From Gemmatimonadales bacterium (GTDB lineage Bacteria; Gemmatimonadota; Gemmatimonadetes; Gemmatimonadales; GWC2-71-9): a stretch of 64,000 nucleotides of DNA. Position numbers and translations under genes: made by a program. Positions within the stretch are counted from its first letter, which is position 1, and each line of letters starts with the position of its first letter. The stretch spans positions 2,400,001 to 2,464,000 of the forward strand of contig OZ252244.1 of assembly GCA_965249575.1 (NCBI GenBank), given 5' to 3'. Shown in pieces: positions 19,758 through 32,942 of the stretch. Below the pieces are notes generated by a model. The model worked only from the letters and a program-made list of their open reading frames with translations, did not search any database and had not been told where the DNA came from.

Positions 19758-20529
19758 ACTGGCGGTCGTTCCGATTTGCCACGAAAGCGCCCGGGTTCGG
19801 GCTGGCCTGCGGCGGACGTTGTCCCGCCACGGGCTCCGCGCCCGAACCTGTCGATCCGTCGACGGCGTCCGCTCCGTCCTTGGCGAAGAACTCGTCGATG
19901 CAATCGTCATTGGGGTTCGCCGGGGGACGGTCGCGGCGGCGTTCGAACTTGCGGCCACGTATCCCCGGATCCCCGTCTTCGCGGCGGCCGCCTTCGGGCC
20001 GGACGACGGCGAGCTTCTCGAGGCCTGCCGGCGGGCGGGTTTCGCTGGGTTTCTGGCGGAAGGCGTCGACGACCCCGCGGCGGGCGAAATCGTGACCGCA
20101 CGCTCGGCGAGCCGAGCACGAAGCGATGCCCTGGGTGAGGCGCCCCGTTTGCTTCGGCTCACCGAACCGGTGCAGCGGCAGGCGTGGGCGGAAGTGCTCG
20201 CTCGGGTCGAAACCCGGCCGCGGACCTCCGACATCGCGAGGGCAGTCGGGGTCACTCGCGAACATCTATCGCGGGAGTTCGCGGCGGGAGGGGCACCGAA
20301 CCTCAAACGGGTCATCGATCTTGCCCGCATCACGTGTGCGGCTGATCTTCTCACCAATCCCGGCTACGACATAGGGATGGTTGCTCGGGTGCTGCGTTAC
20401 GCTTCGGCGAGCCACATGGCGGGCAGCGCCATGCGGATCACCGGCTCGCCGCCGCTCGAGTTGGCGCGCCTCGGGGCCAGAACCGCCTTGCTGCGGTTTG
20501 TGAGGGGGCGGACACGCAGCCGGCTCTGA
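19678..20529 (+). CDS. AraC-type HTH regulator with degenerate receiver-like N-terminal domain
   Basis: DIARAVGVTREHLSREF plus a second HTH-like segment VARVLRYASASHM. The true start is probably near 19750-19760. Confidence 0.75.
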   Translation: MLSRCSAARARGFRPSVATGRWTKRCKLAVVPICHESARVRAGLRRTLSRHGLRARTCRSVDGVRSVLGEELVDAIVIGVRRGTVAAAFELAATYPRIPVFAAAAFGPDDGELLEACRRAGFAGFLAEGVDDPAAGEIVTARSASRARSDALGEAPRLLRLTEPVQRQAWAEVLARVETRPRTSDIARAVGVTREHLSREFAAGGAPNLKRVIDLARITCAADLLTNPGYDIGMVARVLRYASASHMAGSAMRITGSPPLELARLGARTALLRFVRGRTRSRL

Positions 20530-20572
20530 GGTGTGCCACTGAGGACGAACCAAACTGGTGTGCGGGAAGTCT

Positions 20573-20590
20573 TTGTGATATTTTTCACAA
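20573..20590. promoter_or_regulatory. Rex-like (also CRP-compatible) operator upstream of atpA
   Basis: TTGTGATATTTTTCACAA, one mismatch from TTGTGAA-N4-TTCACAA. Confidence 0.7.
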
Positions 20591-20631
20591 GCTGGTCGTC
20601 TGCGTAATTCCAACTCCGCTCTAGGACAGCC

Positions 20632-22167
20632 ATGGCTACCGATTCGACTCTACGCCCTGGGGAACTGAAAGACATCCTCCTCAAGGAGATCGAGGCCGCC
20701 GATCTGCGCGATCTCGACGTACAGGAAGTCGGGACCGTGCTCGAGGTGAAGGATGGGACGGCCAGGGTGTACGGGCTGTCTTCTGCCATGTCGGGCGAGA
20801 TGCTGGAGTTCACAGCGTCCGAAAGTGGCGAGACGGTAGCCGGTCTGGCACTCAACCTGGAGGAAGACAACCTGGGGGCCGTCATCCTCGGCGATTACCT
20901 CCAGCTGCGCGAGGGGGACGAGGTCCGCCGGACGGGGAACGTGCTGGCGGTTCCGGTCGGGCCCGCGATGGTCGGTCGAGTGGTCGATCCACTGGGACAA
21001 CCCTTGGACGGCCTGGGCCCGATCGCGACCACGGCCACCCGGAAGGTCGAGTCCGCCGCCCCGGGGATCGTTCAGCGGCAGCCGGTGAAGGAACCGCTGC
21101 AGACCGGTATCAAGGCGATCGATTCCATGATCCCGATCGGTCGGGGGCAGCGCGAGCTGATCATTGGAGATCGCGGAACGGGCAAGACTGCGATCGCGAT
21201 CGACACGATGATCAACCAGCGCGGCGGGAATGTTATATGTGTCTATGTGGCCATCGGCCAGAAGAACTCCACCGTCGCGGGCGTCGTCGAGAAGCTCAAG
21301 CAGTTCGGCGCGATGGACTACTCGATCATCGTGGTCGCCGGCGCGTCGGATCCCGCGCCCATGCAGTACATCGCGCCGTATTCGGGTGCGGCGATGGCGG
21401 AGTACTTCATGTACGACGAGAAACGGGCGACCCTCTGCGTATACGACGACCTATCAAAACACGCGGCGGCATACCGACAGCTGTCGCTCGTGCTGCGGCG
21501 GCCGCCGGGACGTGAGGCGTATCCGGGCGACGTGTTCTATCTCCACAGCCGGCTACTCGAGCGTGCCGCCAAGCTCTCAGACGCCCATGGTGGGGGCTCG
21601 CTCACCGCCCTTCCGGTGATCGAGACGCAGGCCGGGGACGTATCAGCCTACATCCCGACAAACGTCATCTCCATCACCGACGGGCAGATCTTCCTCGAGA
21701 CCGATCTGTTCTATTCGAACATTCGGCCAGCCATCAACGCGGGAATCTCCGTTTCGCGTGTCGGTGGGAACGCACAGATCAAGGCGATGAAACAAGTGGC
21801 CGGCCGCCTGCGACTCGATCTCGCGCAGTTCCGGGAGCTCGAGGCGTTCGCGCAGTTCGGGTCGGAGTTGGATCAGGCGACGCAGCGACAGCTCGCGCGC
21901 GGCGCGCGGGTCGTTGAAGTCCTCAAGCAGCCGCAATACCAGCCGATGGCCGTTGAGATGCAGATTGCCATCATCTATGCGGTGACGAACGGTTACCTCG
22001 ACGATGTCCCGGAAGACCAGATCCGCGTTTGGGAACAAGAGTTTCACAAATACCTCGAGGCACACTGCGGCCACCTCATCACCAAGATCCGCACCCATCG
22101 CGTGCTGGACGACGAAACGAAACCCGAGCTCGAAAAGGCCATTGAGGGCTTCAAGGCACTCCAGTAG
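20632..22167 (+). CDS. atpA: F1 ATP synthase subunit alpha
   Basis: [17 protein letters not shown] and [23 protein letters not shown]. Confidence 0.99.
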   Translation: MATDSTLRPGELKDILLKEIEAADLRDLDVQEVGTVLEVKDGTARVYGLSSAMSGEMLEFTASESGETVAGLALNLEEDNLGAVILGDYLQLREGDEVRRTGNVLAVPVGPAMVGRVVDPLGQPLDGLGPIATTATRKVESAAPGIVQRQPVKEPLQTGIKAIDSMIPIGRGQRELIIGDRGTGKTAIAIDTMINQRGGNVICVYVAIGQKNSTVAGVVEKLKQFGAMDYSIIVVAGASDPAPMQYIAPYSGAAMAEYFMYDEKRATLCVYDDLSKHAAAYRQLSLVLRRPPGREAYPGDVFYLHSRLLERAAKLSDAHGGGSLTALPVIETQAGDVSAYIPTNVISITDGQIFLETDLFYSNIRPAINAGISVSRVGGNAQIKAMKQVAGRLRLDLAQFRELEAFAQFGSELDQATQRQLARGARVVEVLKQPQYQPMAVEMQIAIIYAVTNGYLDDVPEDQIRVWEQEFHKYLEAHCGHLITKIRTHRVLDDETKPELEKAIEGFKALQ

Positions 22168-24797
<2,630 letters not shown>

Positions 24798-24805
<8 letters not shown>

Positions 24806-25406
24806 GTGGGCGACCCTTGGTCTGGTGGGAGCGCTGTACGGGGCCGGGACACAGCCGGCACTGGCTCAGGCGACGGGGACGACATCGTTCAATGCACCAT
24901 ACCGCGCCTTCGAGCGGTCCGAAATCGGCGGTACGCTCAGCTTTCTCTCTGGAGGCGGGATCGCCGTTGAGGGCCAATACCGGTTCGGCCACGGCCGCTT
25001 CGACCTGGGCATGCGCGGGGGGATTCTCGATCCTGACGTGGGCGGCAACCGGCTCATCGTAGGTGGCGAGGCTCGAACTCGGGTGATCGAGCCCACACCA
25101 GATTTCCCACTGGACGGGGCGTTCATCATCGGTGTGGGTGGCCGGTTCGGATCGGGTGATGCCGACGTCCTCGTGCCGGCCGGGTTGTCGCTTGGCCGCC
25201 GGTTCGATCTCGAAAACTCTCCGGTGAGCATCGTCCCGTACGTCCAGCCCACGCTATTCCTGGCGGTCGGCGACGGCTCCGCCGACGTGGAGTTCGCGAT
25301 CGGCCTGGGTGGCGATTTTCGCCTCAGCGCGGCCCTCGATGCCCGTGTCAGCGTTGGGCTGGGTGACGTCGAAGGCATCTCGATCGGTGCGATTTGGGTT
25401 CATTGA
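24798..25406 (+). CDS. Putative outer-membrane beta-barrel protein
   Basis: Signal peptide ending ALA-Q, Gly-rich amphipathic strands and C-terminal GAIWVH. Overlaps the atpC stop. Confidence 0.75.
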
Positions 25407-25486
25407 GTCTCAGATCTCCCCGTGGCGTACCGAGAGATCTGACCCGATTCTGAGCCCTGCACGAACCGCTCTTGGGGGTTGCGTCA

Positions 25487-26236
25487 ATGAACAGGACAGT
25501 CCTTGGTGTCGTGGTACTCGTGGTACTCGCGGTGCTGGCCGCGGGCTCGGCCAGACCAGCCTCCGCTCAGCTAAAGAGTCTGCCGGTGTACTTTTCCCCA
25601 AAAGGCGGGACCGGGATTACCGTTGCGGTCGATTATGGGCGGGGCCTGAACGACGATTCGGGAAAGAACTCGACATACACGGGCCGGGTGATCCTGGGGC
25701 TCCCGGTCGTGACGCTTGGAGTCGGCGTCGGGGTCTTTGATCCCAAGGTGATCAGCCAGGACAGCGAGATGCAGTTCATGGGCAATCTGGCTCTCAAGCT
25801 GTTCGGCGGGCCGCTCATGCCCGTCGCCGTGAGTCTCCAGGGCGGCGCCGGGTACCTCAAGCTCGGAAGCGGCGCGTTCGCAACGAAGTCGTGGACGTTT
25901 CCGGTGGGCGTGGGATTGGCGCTGAACATCCCGACGCCTGGCGCCTCATTGGAGCCGTGGATTGCGGGGCGCTTTCAGCTCGACCGTCTCGAGACGAGCG
26001 TGGGAAACGCGAATCAAACGGGGGTGGGCATCTCGGGCGGCGTCAATTTGGGAACCCTCACAGGGGTGGGCCTGCACGTCGCGGCCGATTGGAGCAGCGT
26101 GGGTGAGAAGGTGACGGGGAATCCGACGATCGATTTGCTCACCCGTTCCCGCAAGCCGCTCGTCTTCGGAGTGGGCCTGCGATACATGTTCAGGCTTCCC
26201 GGGCTGCCGGGTGTTCCCGTCGTCCCGGGCGTGTAG
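25487..26236 (+). CDS. Putative outer-membrane beta-barrel protein
   Basis: Signal peptide ending ASA-Q, alternating strands and FGVGLRYMF near the C-terminus. Confidence 0.75.
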   Translation: MNRTVLGVVVLVVLAVLAAGSARPASAQLKSLPVYFSPKGGTGITVAVDYGRGLNDDSGKNSTYTGRVILGLPVVTLGVGVGVFDPKVISQDSEMQFMGNLALKLFGGPLMPVAVSLQGGAGYLKLGSGAFATKSWTFPVGVGLALNIPTPGASLEPWIAGRFQLDRLETSVGNANQTGVGISGGVNLGTLTGVGLHVAADWSSVGEKVTGNPTIDLLTRSRKPLVFGVGLRYMFRLPGLPGVPVVPGV

Positions 26237-26334
26237 CCCGGGTTCCAAAAGGCACCACCCTGCCTTAGCTTACCGACCTTTGGGGCACGCGGCGTGCCCG
26301 CAGTCGTGCTACCCCTTCTCCATGGATCGGGCGG

Positions 26335-26712
26335 GTGTCTTCATCTTTCCGGCGAGCTCTCACTTTCATTACCTGTGCGACCCTCTTGAGTTTCGCGCAG
26401 GGGTGCGCCCTGAATTTCGACGCGCGAAGTCTGGGAGTCGACGCGACCATGGCGTCTCCCGCCTCGGCGCCCGCCGAGGGCGAAGAGTTTCGTGTCACGC
26501 GGTCGGCGCTCTTCATGTTATGGGGCATGCTACCGGTCTCCCGCCCCTCACTCGAGCGCGTACTTGCTGGCCAGCTTATCGGTGGCGAACGAGTTGCCGA
26601 CCTGCGCATTCGCGTGCGGAGCCGTTTCGTCGATCTCCTCCTCACGGTTCTCACCGGGGGCTTGATTGTGCCGCGGTCCGTGACGTTCGAAGGAGTCGTC
26701 GTAGAGCGCTGA
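26335..26712 (+). CDS. Bor/Iss-like small lipoprotein
   Basis: Lipobox AQGC; FMLWG and LTVLTGGLIVPRSV resemble Bor-family motifs. Confidence 0.65.
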   Translation: MSSSFRRALTFITCATLLSFAQGCALNFDARSLGVDATMASPASAPAEGEEFRVTRSALFMLWGMLPVSRPSLERVLAGQLIGGERVADLRIRVRSRFVDLLLTVLTGGLIVPRSVTFEGVVVER

Positions 26713-27949
26713 CGGTCGCCGTGGAGCCGCCGGGCCGCAGCGTGTCCAGAGCCCTGCGTCCGGCTTCTTCTCGACCTGCGGGGTCCCCTATCCACTGCAA
26801 CCAGACGTTTGCCATCGCCGCGCCGGCGTCGGCGAGCGGCAGGGGAACGCCGCCTTCGTTCGCGATCAACGCGGTGGCCTCCGCTCTTCCCCTGATGTCG
26901 GGACCGCAAACGATCGGTCTCCCCCAGGCCGCCGGCTCCAACACCGAGTGCAGCCTTCCCCGTTCGAATCCTCCACCTACGTAACACACGTCCCCAACGG
27001 AGTAGATATCGGCCAGTCGTCCGGTCACCGTGATGACGACGCAGGTGGCGCGGCCAGCCGGTTCTCCAGGTTGCCATGGGTGTGCGGCGATTCCCCGGCG
27101 CGCGAAGGATCGCAGGAGGCGCGCGGTGCACGCCGCCGACGGCTCGTGCGGTACGAGCACGAGCCGAGCTGAGGGGAATCGGTTCAGTACCGCTGCGTAT
27201 GCGTCGAGCAGCATCACCTCGTCACTGCGCTCCACACTCCCCGCAACGAGGGTGGTACGGCCGGTTGCCCGCCATTCGCTGAGCGCGCCGAGTCCGGAAG
27301 TGTTCGCAGGTCGTTCCAGCACGTAGTCGTGGCGAGGATCGCCGGTAATCCGAACGGCCTCATCTCGGATGCCGATTCTTCTCAAACGGTCGGCGTCGGT
27401 TGCCGACAGGGCCCCCGCAAAGCTGATCGCGGCGTGCTGCCGCCTGAGCAGCGGCCGTACCGGCCAGTGCAATCGGCCACTGTCGGGATGTACTCCGGAC
27501 GCGAAGGTGGCGATGGGAATGCCCCGATCGGCGGCCCCGGCTGCCAGTTCCGGCCAGAGATCTCCTCGCGAGAACGCCAGGAGCGATGGATTCAGCGCGT
27601 CGAGCGTGGCCGAAACGTCGCGCACTCCATCCCAGGGGACGTAATCCACGCGTGCTACACCAGGTGGCGTTGGCCACCAGGACAACGAAGGCGAGGAGTG
27701 CGTGACCACGACCTGGAGGTCGGGGTCGGCGGCCACCAGACGGCGGATGACCGGCTCGGCGGTGAGTGCCTCTCCCACGGAGGCTGCGTGTATCCAGAGC
27801 CGGCGCTCAGGGTGCCGTTGGGCGGTCGCCCAACAGGTCCACCTGGAGGCCGCGCCCCGGCGCCCCTCGACGCTGCGGCCAAGCTTGCCCGTCCCGAGAG
27901 GTAGGCGGCGAGCAATCCGAGCCAACGCCCGGTACGTTTGCGCGTACAC
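26651..27949 (-). CDS. waaA: 3-deoxy-D-manno-octulosonic acid (Kdo) transferase
   Basis: WIHAASVGE, YVPWD, DLWP, TGDPR and YVGGGF..G.HSVLEPA. Confidence 0.9.
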   Translation of the reverse strand: MYAQTYRALARIARRLPLGTGKLGRSVEGRRGAASRWTCWATAQRHPERRLWIHAASVGEALTAEPVIRRLVAADPDLQVVVTHSSPSLSWWPTPPGVARVDYVPWDGVRDVSATLDALNPSLLAFSRGDLWPELAAGAADRGIPIATFASGVHPDSGRLHWPVRPLLRRQHAAISFAGALSATDADRLRRIGIRDEAVRITGDPRHDYVLERPANTSGLGALSEWRATGRTTLVAGSVERSDEVMLLDAYAAVLNRFPSARLVLVPHEPSAACTARLLRSFARRGIAAHPWQPGEPAGRATCVVITVTGRLADIYSVGDVCYVGGGFERGRLHSVLEPAAWGRPIVCGPDIRGRAEATALIANEGGVPLPLADAGAAMANVWLQWIGDPAGREEAGRRALDTLRPGGSTATVSALRRLLRTSRTAAQSSPR

Positions 27950-27975
27950 CTGGGCAATCTGGTAGGTTGGTGAAC

Positions 27976-28722
27976 ATGACGCTACGCCGCTACGTGCAAG
28001 CGAGTCGCGAGCCCCGATATAGCCTGCTGTTCGCGCTCCCTCTGCTGTTGGCATACGAAGGCCTTACGCTGGCCCTGTCACACAGCGAGATCTCTCACGT
28101 ACGGAACGGCGCGGACGTTCTGCTCAAGACGGTCTTCGTGGCTTTCGGTGGAAGGCTCGGCGTGTCGCTGTTCGCGCTGGTCCTCGTCGGGCTGGGCGCC
28201 TGGCTCGTGTGGCGGGACCGGCGCCGGCACCCGAGCCCTATGTCCCCGGGGGTTTTCGGTGGCATGGTGGTCGAGAGCGTCGTGTACGCTGCATTGCTTG
28301 GCGCAGTCGTTGCGACACTGAGCGAGCTCTTGCTTCGCCTACCGCTCGGACTCGGCCTGCAGGGCGGGATGAAAACGCTATCACTCGCCACGCAGTTGGC
28401 GGTCTCACTCGGGGCGGGGGTTTACGAGGAGTTGCTGTTTCGTGTGTTGTTGGTTTCCGGACTGGTCGCTGCCGGGAGAGCCCTCGGCTGGGGGCTTCGC
28501 TCGGCTATCATGATGGCGGTAGTGGGGAGCGCGCTCATATTCAGTGCGTTCCACTACATCGGGCCGTTGGGAGACCGATTTGCGGTACCGACGTTCACGT
28601 TTCGAGCTGTAGCGGGCGTAGTCCTGAGCGGTCTCTACGTGACCAGGGGGCTTGGGATCACCGCGTGGACCCACGCCCTGTACGATGTAGGGTTGTCGCT
28701 GGCAAACTCCGCCAGCGCCTAG
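27976..28722 (+). CDS. CPBP (CAAX protease-like) intramembrane glutamic endopeptidase
   Basis: EELLFR, FSAFHY and HALYD motifs; multiple TM segments. Confidence 0.9.
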   Translation: MTLRRYVQASREPRYSLLFALPLLLAYEGLTLALSHSEISHVRNGADVLLKTVFVAFGGRLGVSLFALVLVGLGAWLVWRDRRRHPSPMSPGVFGGMVVESVVYAALLGAVVATLSELLLRLPLGLGLQGGMKTLSLATQLAVSLGAGVYEELLFRVLLVSGLVAAGRALGWGLRSAIMMAVVGSALIFSAFHYIGPLGDRFAVPTFTFRAVAGVVLSGLYVTRGLGITAWTHALYDVGLSLANSASA

Positions 28723-28738
28723 CCTCGGGTGCCGCGAA

Positions 28739-29407
28739 CTAGCCCTTGGTTTTTTCTGCGTAGACGGAATCGAGGAAGGGCCGCCAGTCTTCGATGGTCA
28801 AGGCGCCAACGATCAGGCCGCCCTCGACGACGAAGGACGGCGTACTGTTCACACCTCCGCGCCGCGCCGCCGTAAGATCCGCCTCGACGAGCGAACGGGT
28901 TGCTCCCGTTCGAACACAGCTGGCCATTACATCGCTCGGCAAGGGCGTGGCCGCCGCCATCTCCAAGAAATAGTCCAGGGGGTCGGACAGTGGTCCCCAT
29001 TCCCGCTGGCGCTCAAACAGGAGATCGTGAACCTCCCAGAAATGTCCCTCGCGAGCGGCGCACATCGCGAAGAGGTGCGCCGCCAGCGCGTTGGGATGGA
29101 GCTCGGGGATGGGAAAGTTGATGAACACCAACTGCGCCTTGCCCGGATCGATGTATTCACGTTGGAGGGCCGGTTTCGTGCCTTCCCAGAAGGTGCGGCA
29201 AAAGGGGCATTGGAAATCACTTACCTCGAAGATCGTAACCGGCGCGTTCGAATCTCCCTTCGTACGCGCTGAGAAGAGCAGGTCCCCCTGAGCGGTCCCC
29301 GGCGCGGGCAGCTGCCGACCGCTGCCGGACGTGTAGACGACGGCACCGCCTATCCCGATCACCGCGCCGGCCACAACTGCAAGTCCGATCTTCACGGCAG
29401 TTACCAC
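28739..29407 (-). CDS. DsbA-family thioredoxin-fold protein
   Basis: SDFQCPFC, FPIPELHPNA and GVNSTPSF; N-terminal anchor. Confidence 0.92.
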   Translation of the reverse strand: MVTAVKIGLAVVAGAVIGIGGAVVYTSGSGRQLPAPGTAQGDLLFSARTKGDSNAPVTIFEVSDFQCPFCRTFWEGTKPALQREYIDPGKAQLVFINFPIPELHPNALAAHLFAMCAAREGHFWEVHDLLFERQREWGPLSDPLDYFLEMAAATPLPSDVMASCVRTGATRSLVEADLTAARRGGVNSTPSFVVEGGLIVGALTIEDWRPFLDSVYAEKTKG

Positions 29408-29477
29408 CGTACCATCTCCGACTTCGGTGTGTCGCGGACAGGGGGCGTGTCGAGCGGGTCGCGCGCGGTCCGGGGCA

Positions 29478-30230
29478 CTAGTACCTCCACCTGGCGATTG
29501 CGTTCTTCGAGAAAATGGGTACTGAAACTGGCAGCCCGCTAGTTACTGAAACCTCGATGTTCCAGAAGTGTTCCTGAAACGGATTCTCGGGATCGGGCCG
29601 TCGAGCCGCCAGCCACCACCGCCCGGGCTGGAGCGCCAGGGTCGCGTGCCCGCTCGCGTCCGTGGTCACGCGTCGAACTTGCCTGCCGCTCCGCTCCGTC
29701 AGCGAGCGGGTGATCTCGCCGTAGGAAACGTATGCGTCCCGTTCCCATGTCCTGATCGAGTCCGCTGCAGCCGTCGCTTTCTCGGCCAGGGCGAGATCAA
29801 CTGCGAAGTGCTTACGGAGATCCGTTTCCCGCAGGGATGCGCGCCGCGAAAGCCGGGCATACATCTGTCGGAACTGCTCATAGGCGGTGCGGTATCCCGC
29901 GCTCTCACGGTCCGTGGAGCGTAGGGAGTCTGCCAATGCGCTCACGCTGTCACGGGTAGCAATCCACGCCCGTCCGGCGCGATCAGCCGGCGGATGGGCT
30001 GGGCGCCGGTAGCTTGGGATGTCACCCTCCAGCTCGGGAAAACTCGGCCGCGGAGTCCGCGCCGCCCGGCCAAGCGAATCGAGTAGCCACTGGTGATCAT
30101 AGGGTAGGGCGACGACCTCGAGCCCGGCGAGCGGGCCATCCATTCGGGCGCTGAGCCGTACCTCGACACCACTACGCCCGCACGCGGCAGCCAGCGCAGC
30201 ACCTCCGAGTGCGACGACGAACCTCGACAC
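29478..30230 (-). CDS. Hypothetical lipoprotein
   Basis: Lipobox AAAC; C-terminal TTDASG...LQPGRWW beta-sandwich-like motif. Confidence 0.75.
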   Translation of the reverse strand: MSRFVVALGGAALAAACGRSGVEVRLSARMDGPLAGLEVVALPYDHQWLLDSLGRAARTPRPSFPELEGDIPSYRRPAHPPADRAGRAWIATRDSVSALADSLRSTDRESAGYRTAYEQFRQMYARLSRRASLRETDLRKHFAVDLALAEKATAAADSIRTWERDAYVSYGEITRSLTERSGRQVRRVTTDASGHATLALQPGRWWLAARRPDPENPFQEHFWNIEVSVTSGLPVSVPIFSKNAIARWRY

Positions 30231-30336
30231 GGGGGGGGACGGGCGATTCGTCGTGTGACGCGAAGTGAGAGATCGACAAAACGGCCGCTCCCCGGCTCCC
30301 GCCGGGCACCGAGTCGCTCGTCGGCTCCGGGCTATC

Positions 30337-31263
30337 TCAGTCGACGATGGTTTCGGGGAAGATGAACTGCCGAGGATCGATATGGCGCCCGTTCACGATC
30401 ACCTCGTAATGCAGGTGGGGAGCCGTGGCGATTCCCGTCCTACCGACATGGGCGATTGGCTCGCTTCGGTCAACGCGCTGACCTACCCGCACCAGCGTCT
30501 TGGAGCAGTGTGCGTATCGGGTGACGACGCCATAGCCGTGGTCCACGGCAACCATCAAGCCGTATCCCGGCTCGTTTCCGACCCTGATGACGAGCCCGCT
30601 CGCCGGTGCCACAATGGGCGTTCCCGAATTTGCGGCGATGTCGATCCCGGGGTGGGGGCGTGCTTCGTGGTGAATGGGGTGAATACGTGCGGCAGCGAAC
30701 GGGCTGGTAAGGAACCCATTCGTCGGTGAGATGGATGGAGTATGCGACAACCGTCGTTTGTGCGCAGAGAGGCTCTCCGCCGCCTGCGCAAACGACTGAA
30801 CGAGCAGGTTGGCGCGGCGAATGAGCCCTGCCGCGTCCAACCGCATCGAGAGGGCGTCCCGTCCGCGTTCGGTCTGTTCGAGTCGTGAGTCGCGGTCGCT
30901 CCAGGCACCAGGCCCACCGATACCCGCCTGCTGAACATCGGGGTCCATCGGTTCGAGACCCGCCAGGACGCGTACCTGGCGGTCGCGGTCCGTCATGGCG
31001 GACACCGTGTCGTTCAATTGTGCGAGGAGCGTGTGCGTGGTTTGAATTTCTTGCGCGAGGACGTCGTTCTGTCGTTCGAGTTGCTGGAGCCGGGAAACGT
31101 TGACGGTCTTCGTGATGGTCGTATAGCCGAGGACGGCCGCCGCGAGCGGCAACGCGAGGGCGGAACCCAGGAACACCCGCAGCGCGGGTCTGGAGATTCG
31201 CACCGACCTCGATTTCCCGGGGCCGTGGGGCACCACCAAGACAGTCCATTCCGGTTCGGGCAT
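30337..31263 (-). CDS. M23-family metallopeptidase
   Basis: HPGID, YAH and TGIATAPHLHYEV; TM segment plus coiled-coil N-terminus. Confidence 0.95.
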   Translation of the reverse strand: MPEPEWTVLVVPHGPGKSRSVRISRPALRVFLGSALALPLAAAVLGYTTITKTVNVSRLQQLERQNDVLAQEIQTTHTLLAQLNDTVSAMTDRDRQVRVLAGLEPMDPDVQQAGIGGPGAWSDRDSRLEQTERGRDALSMRLDAAGLIRRANLLVQSFAQAAESLSAHKRRLSHTPSISPTNGFLTSPFAAARIHPIHHEARPHPGIDIAANSGTPIVAPASGLVIRVGNEPGYGLMVAVDHGYGVVTRYAHCSKTLVRVGQRVDRSEPIAHVGRTGIATAPHLHYEVIVNGRHIDPRQFIFPETIVD

Positions 31264-31357
31264 GAACGCGTCCTCTTTGATTCACTTACGTGGGGCCTAT
31301 CACGACACACAGGGCGGAGCGGGCCCGTCACTTCACGCTGCTGAAATCGGAGGCGCA

Positions 31358-31387
31358 ATAATAGAGCTTCGGTCACAGACCTGTCAA
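31358..31387 (-). promoter_or_regulatory. Sigma-70-type promoter for the M23 gene
   Basis: TTGACA-N18-TATTAT. Confidence 0.55.
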
Positions 31388-31426
31388 GCCTTAGGGCGAA
31401 GTTCTAATACATTGTGTCGTAATGAG

Positions 31427-32941
31427 TTATGCGGCCGTCCGCGCTTTCGGAAACAGCGGTGTGAGTTTTCGAACCGCCGCACCGGCGAGCGATGGTGACT
31501 CGAGTTGGCGCCAAGTGACATTCGTCACAGCGCCGTCGCCGCCAAGCGCCTCCCAAACGGTCTGCGTGCGGTTCGGAATGAATGGCGTTGCCATCAGCGT
31601 CACCCGTGTGAGAGCCCGCGACAAGGCGCCGAGCGTGGAGTTGAGCCGGTCGCTGTCGCCGGACTTCGCGAGTGACCATGGTGCCGAGTCCTCGATGAAG
31701 CGGTTCGCGCTGGCAACGAGACCCCACGCCTTGGCTGCGCCCTCGTGGAGCAGGTTGTCGTCCATCACCTCGCGGTACGCGGCGATGGCGTCGTCTCCGC
31801 TCGTGTCGAGCGCTGTCGCTGATCCGCTCTCTGGATTCCTTCCCCCGGTGTACTTGTGAATCATCGCGAGCACCCGGCTCGCGAGGTTGCCGTACCCATC
31901 CGCCAGGTCGGCCGTGTACCGGGCATCGAACCGCTCCCAGGTGAAGGTGCCATCGCCGTCCCATGGGACCTCGCGGAGGAGGAAGTAGCGCAACGCATCC
32001 GGCCCATGGCGATCGATGGCTTCGCGAAGGGTTACCTTGACGCCGGCCGTCTTCGAGAAGCGCGCACCGGAGAGGTTCACCCAGCCGTGCGACCACACAC
32101 CACGCGGGACTGCGAGACCGGCGGCCATGAGCATCGCGGGCCACAGAGCCGCGTGGAAGCGAACGATGTCCGGACCGATGACGTGGAGGTCTGCCGGCCA
32201 AACACCATCGTATCCGTTCTCCGGGAATCCAGTGGCGGAGAGGTAGTTGATCACCGCGTCGAACCACACGTAGATCGTATGGTCGGGAGCGTTCGGCCAT
32301 CCGATCCCCCAGGGCAACCGGGCCCGGCTCACGGAGAGATCCTGGAGGCCGCTTTCGACGATATTGCGGATCTCATTCATCTTGCTCGGGGGCCGGAGGA
32401 AATCTGGGTTCTCGTCGTAGAGCTTGAGCAGGTCGGGGCCGAACGATGAAAAGCGGAAGAAGTAGTTGGGCTCCTCGACCCAACGTACCTCGAGCGTCGG
32501 GTGCTCCGGGCAATGGCCGTCTACCAGGTCCTTGTCGAGCTTGAACGCCTCGCACCCCACACAGTAGTAGCCCTTGTAGACACCCTCGTATATGTGTCCG
32601 GCGGCTTGGATCCTGCTAAGGAGCGCCGTCACCGTTCGGTGATGACGAGCCTCGGTTGTCCGAATGAAATCACTGTTGCTGATGGCCAGCTCATCCCAGG
32701 CTTGCAGGAATTGGTCGGCAATCGCGTCGACCCATGCCTGGGGAGCGGTGCCGGCATTTTCTGCGGCCTGCGCAACCTTTTGCCCGTGCTCGTCCATTCC
32801 GATGAGGAAATGGACCCGATCGCCTCGGAGTCGGCGGTACCGGGCGATGCAGTCCGCGCCGATCTTCTCGAACGCGTGGCCGATGTGCGGTTCGCCGTTG
32901 GCATAGTCGATGGCGGTGGTAAGGTAGAACTTGCTGCCCAA
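31427..32941 (-). CDS. metG: Methionine--tRNA ligase (no C-terminal tRNA-binding domain)
   Basis: TTAIDYANGEPHIGH, GMDEHG, knuckle CVGC..CPEH, YVWFDA and RFSKT. Confidence 0.97.
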   Translation of the reverse strand: MGSKFYLTTAIDYANGEPHIGHAFEKIGADCIARYRRLRGDRVHFLIGMDEHGQKVAQAAENAGTAPQAWVDAIADQFLQAWDELAISNSDFIRTTEARHHRTVTALLSRIQAAGHIYEGVYKGYYCVGCEAFKLDKDLVDGHCPEHPTLEVRWVEEPNYFFRFSSFGPDLLKLYDENPDFLRPPSKMNEIRNIVESGLQDLSVSRARLPWGIGWPNAPDHTIYVWFDAVINYLSATGFPENGYDGVWPADLHVIGPDIVRFHAALWPAMLMAAGLAVPRGVWSHGWVNLSGARFSKTAGVKVTLREAIDRHGPDALRYFLLREVPWDGDGTFTWERFDARYTADLADGYGNLASRVLAMIHKYTGGRNPESGSATALDTSGDDAIAAYREVMDDNLLHEGAAKAWGLVASANRFIEDSAPWSLAKSGDSDRLNSTLGALSRALTRVTLMATPFIPNRTQTVWEALGGDGAVTNVTWRQLESPSLAGAAVRKLTPLFPKARTAA

Positions 32942-32942
32942 C

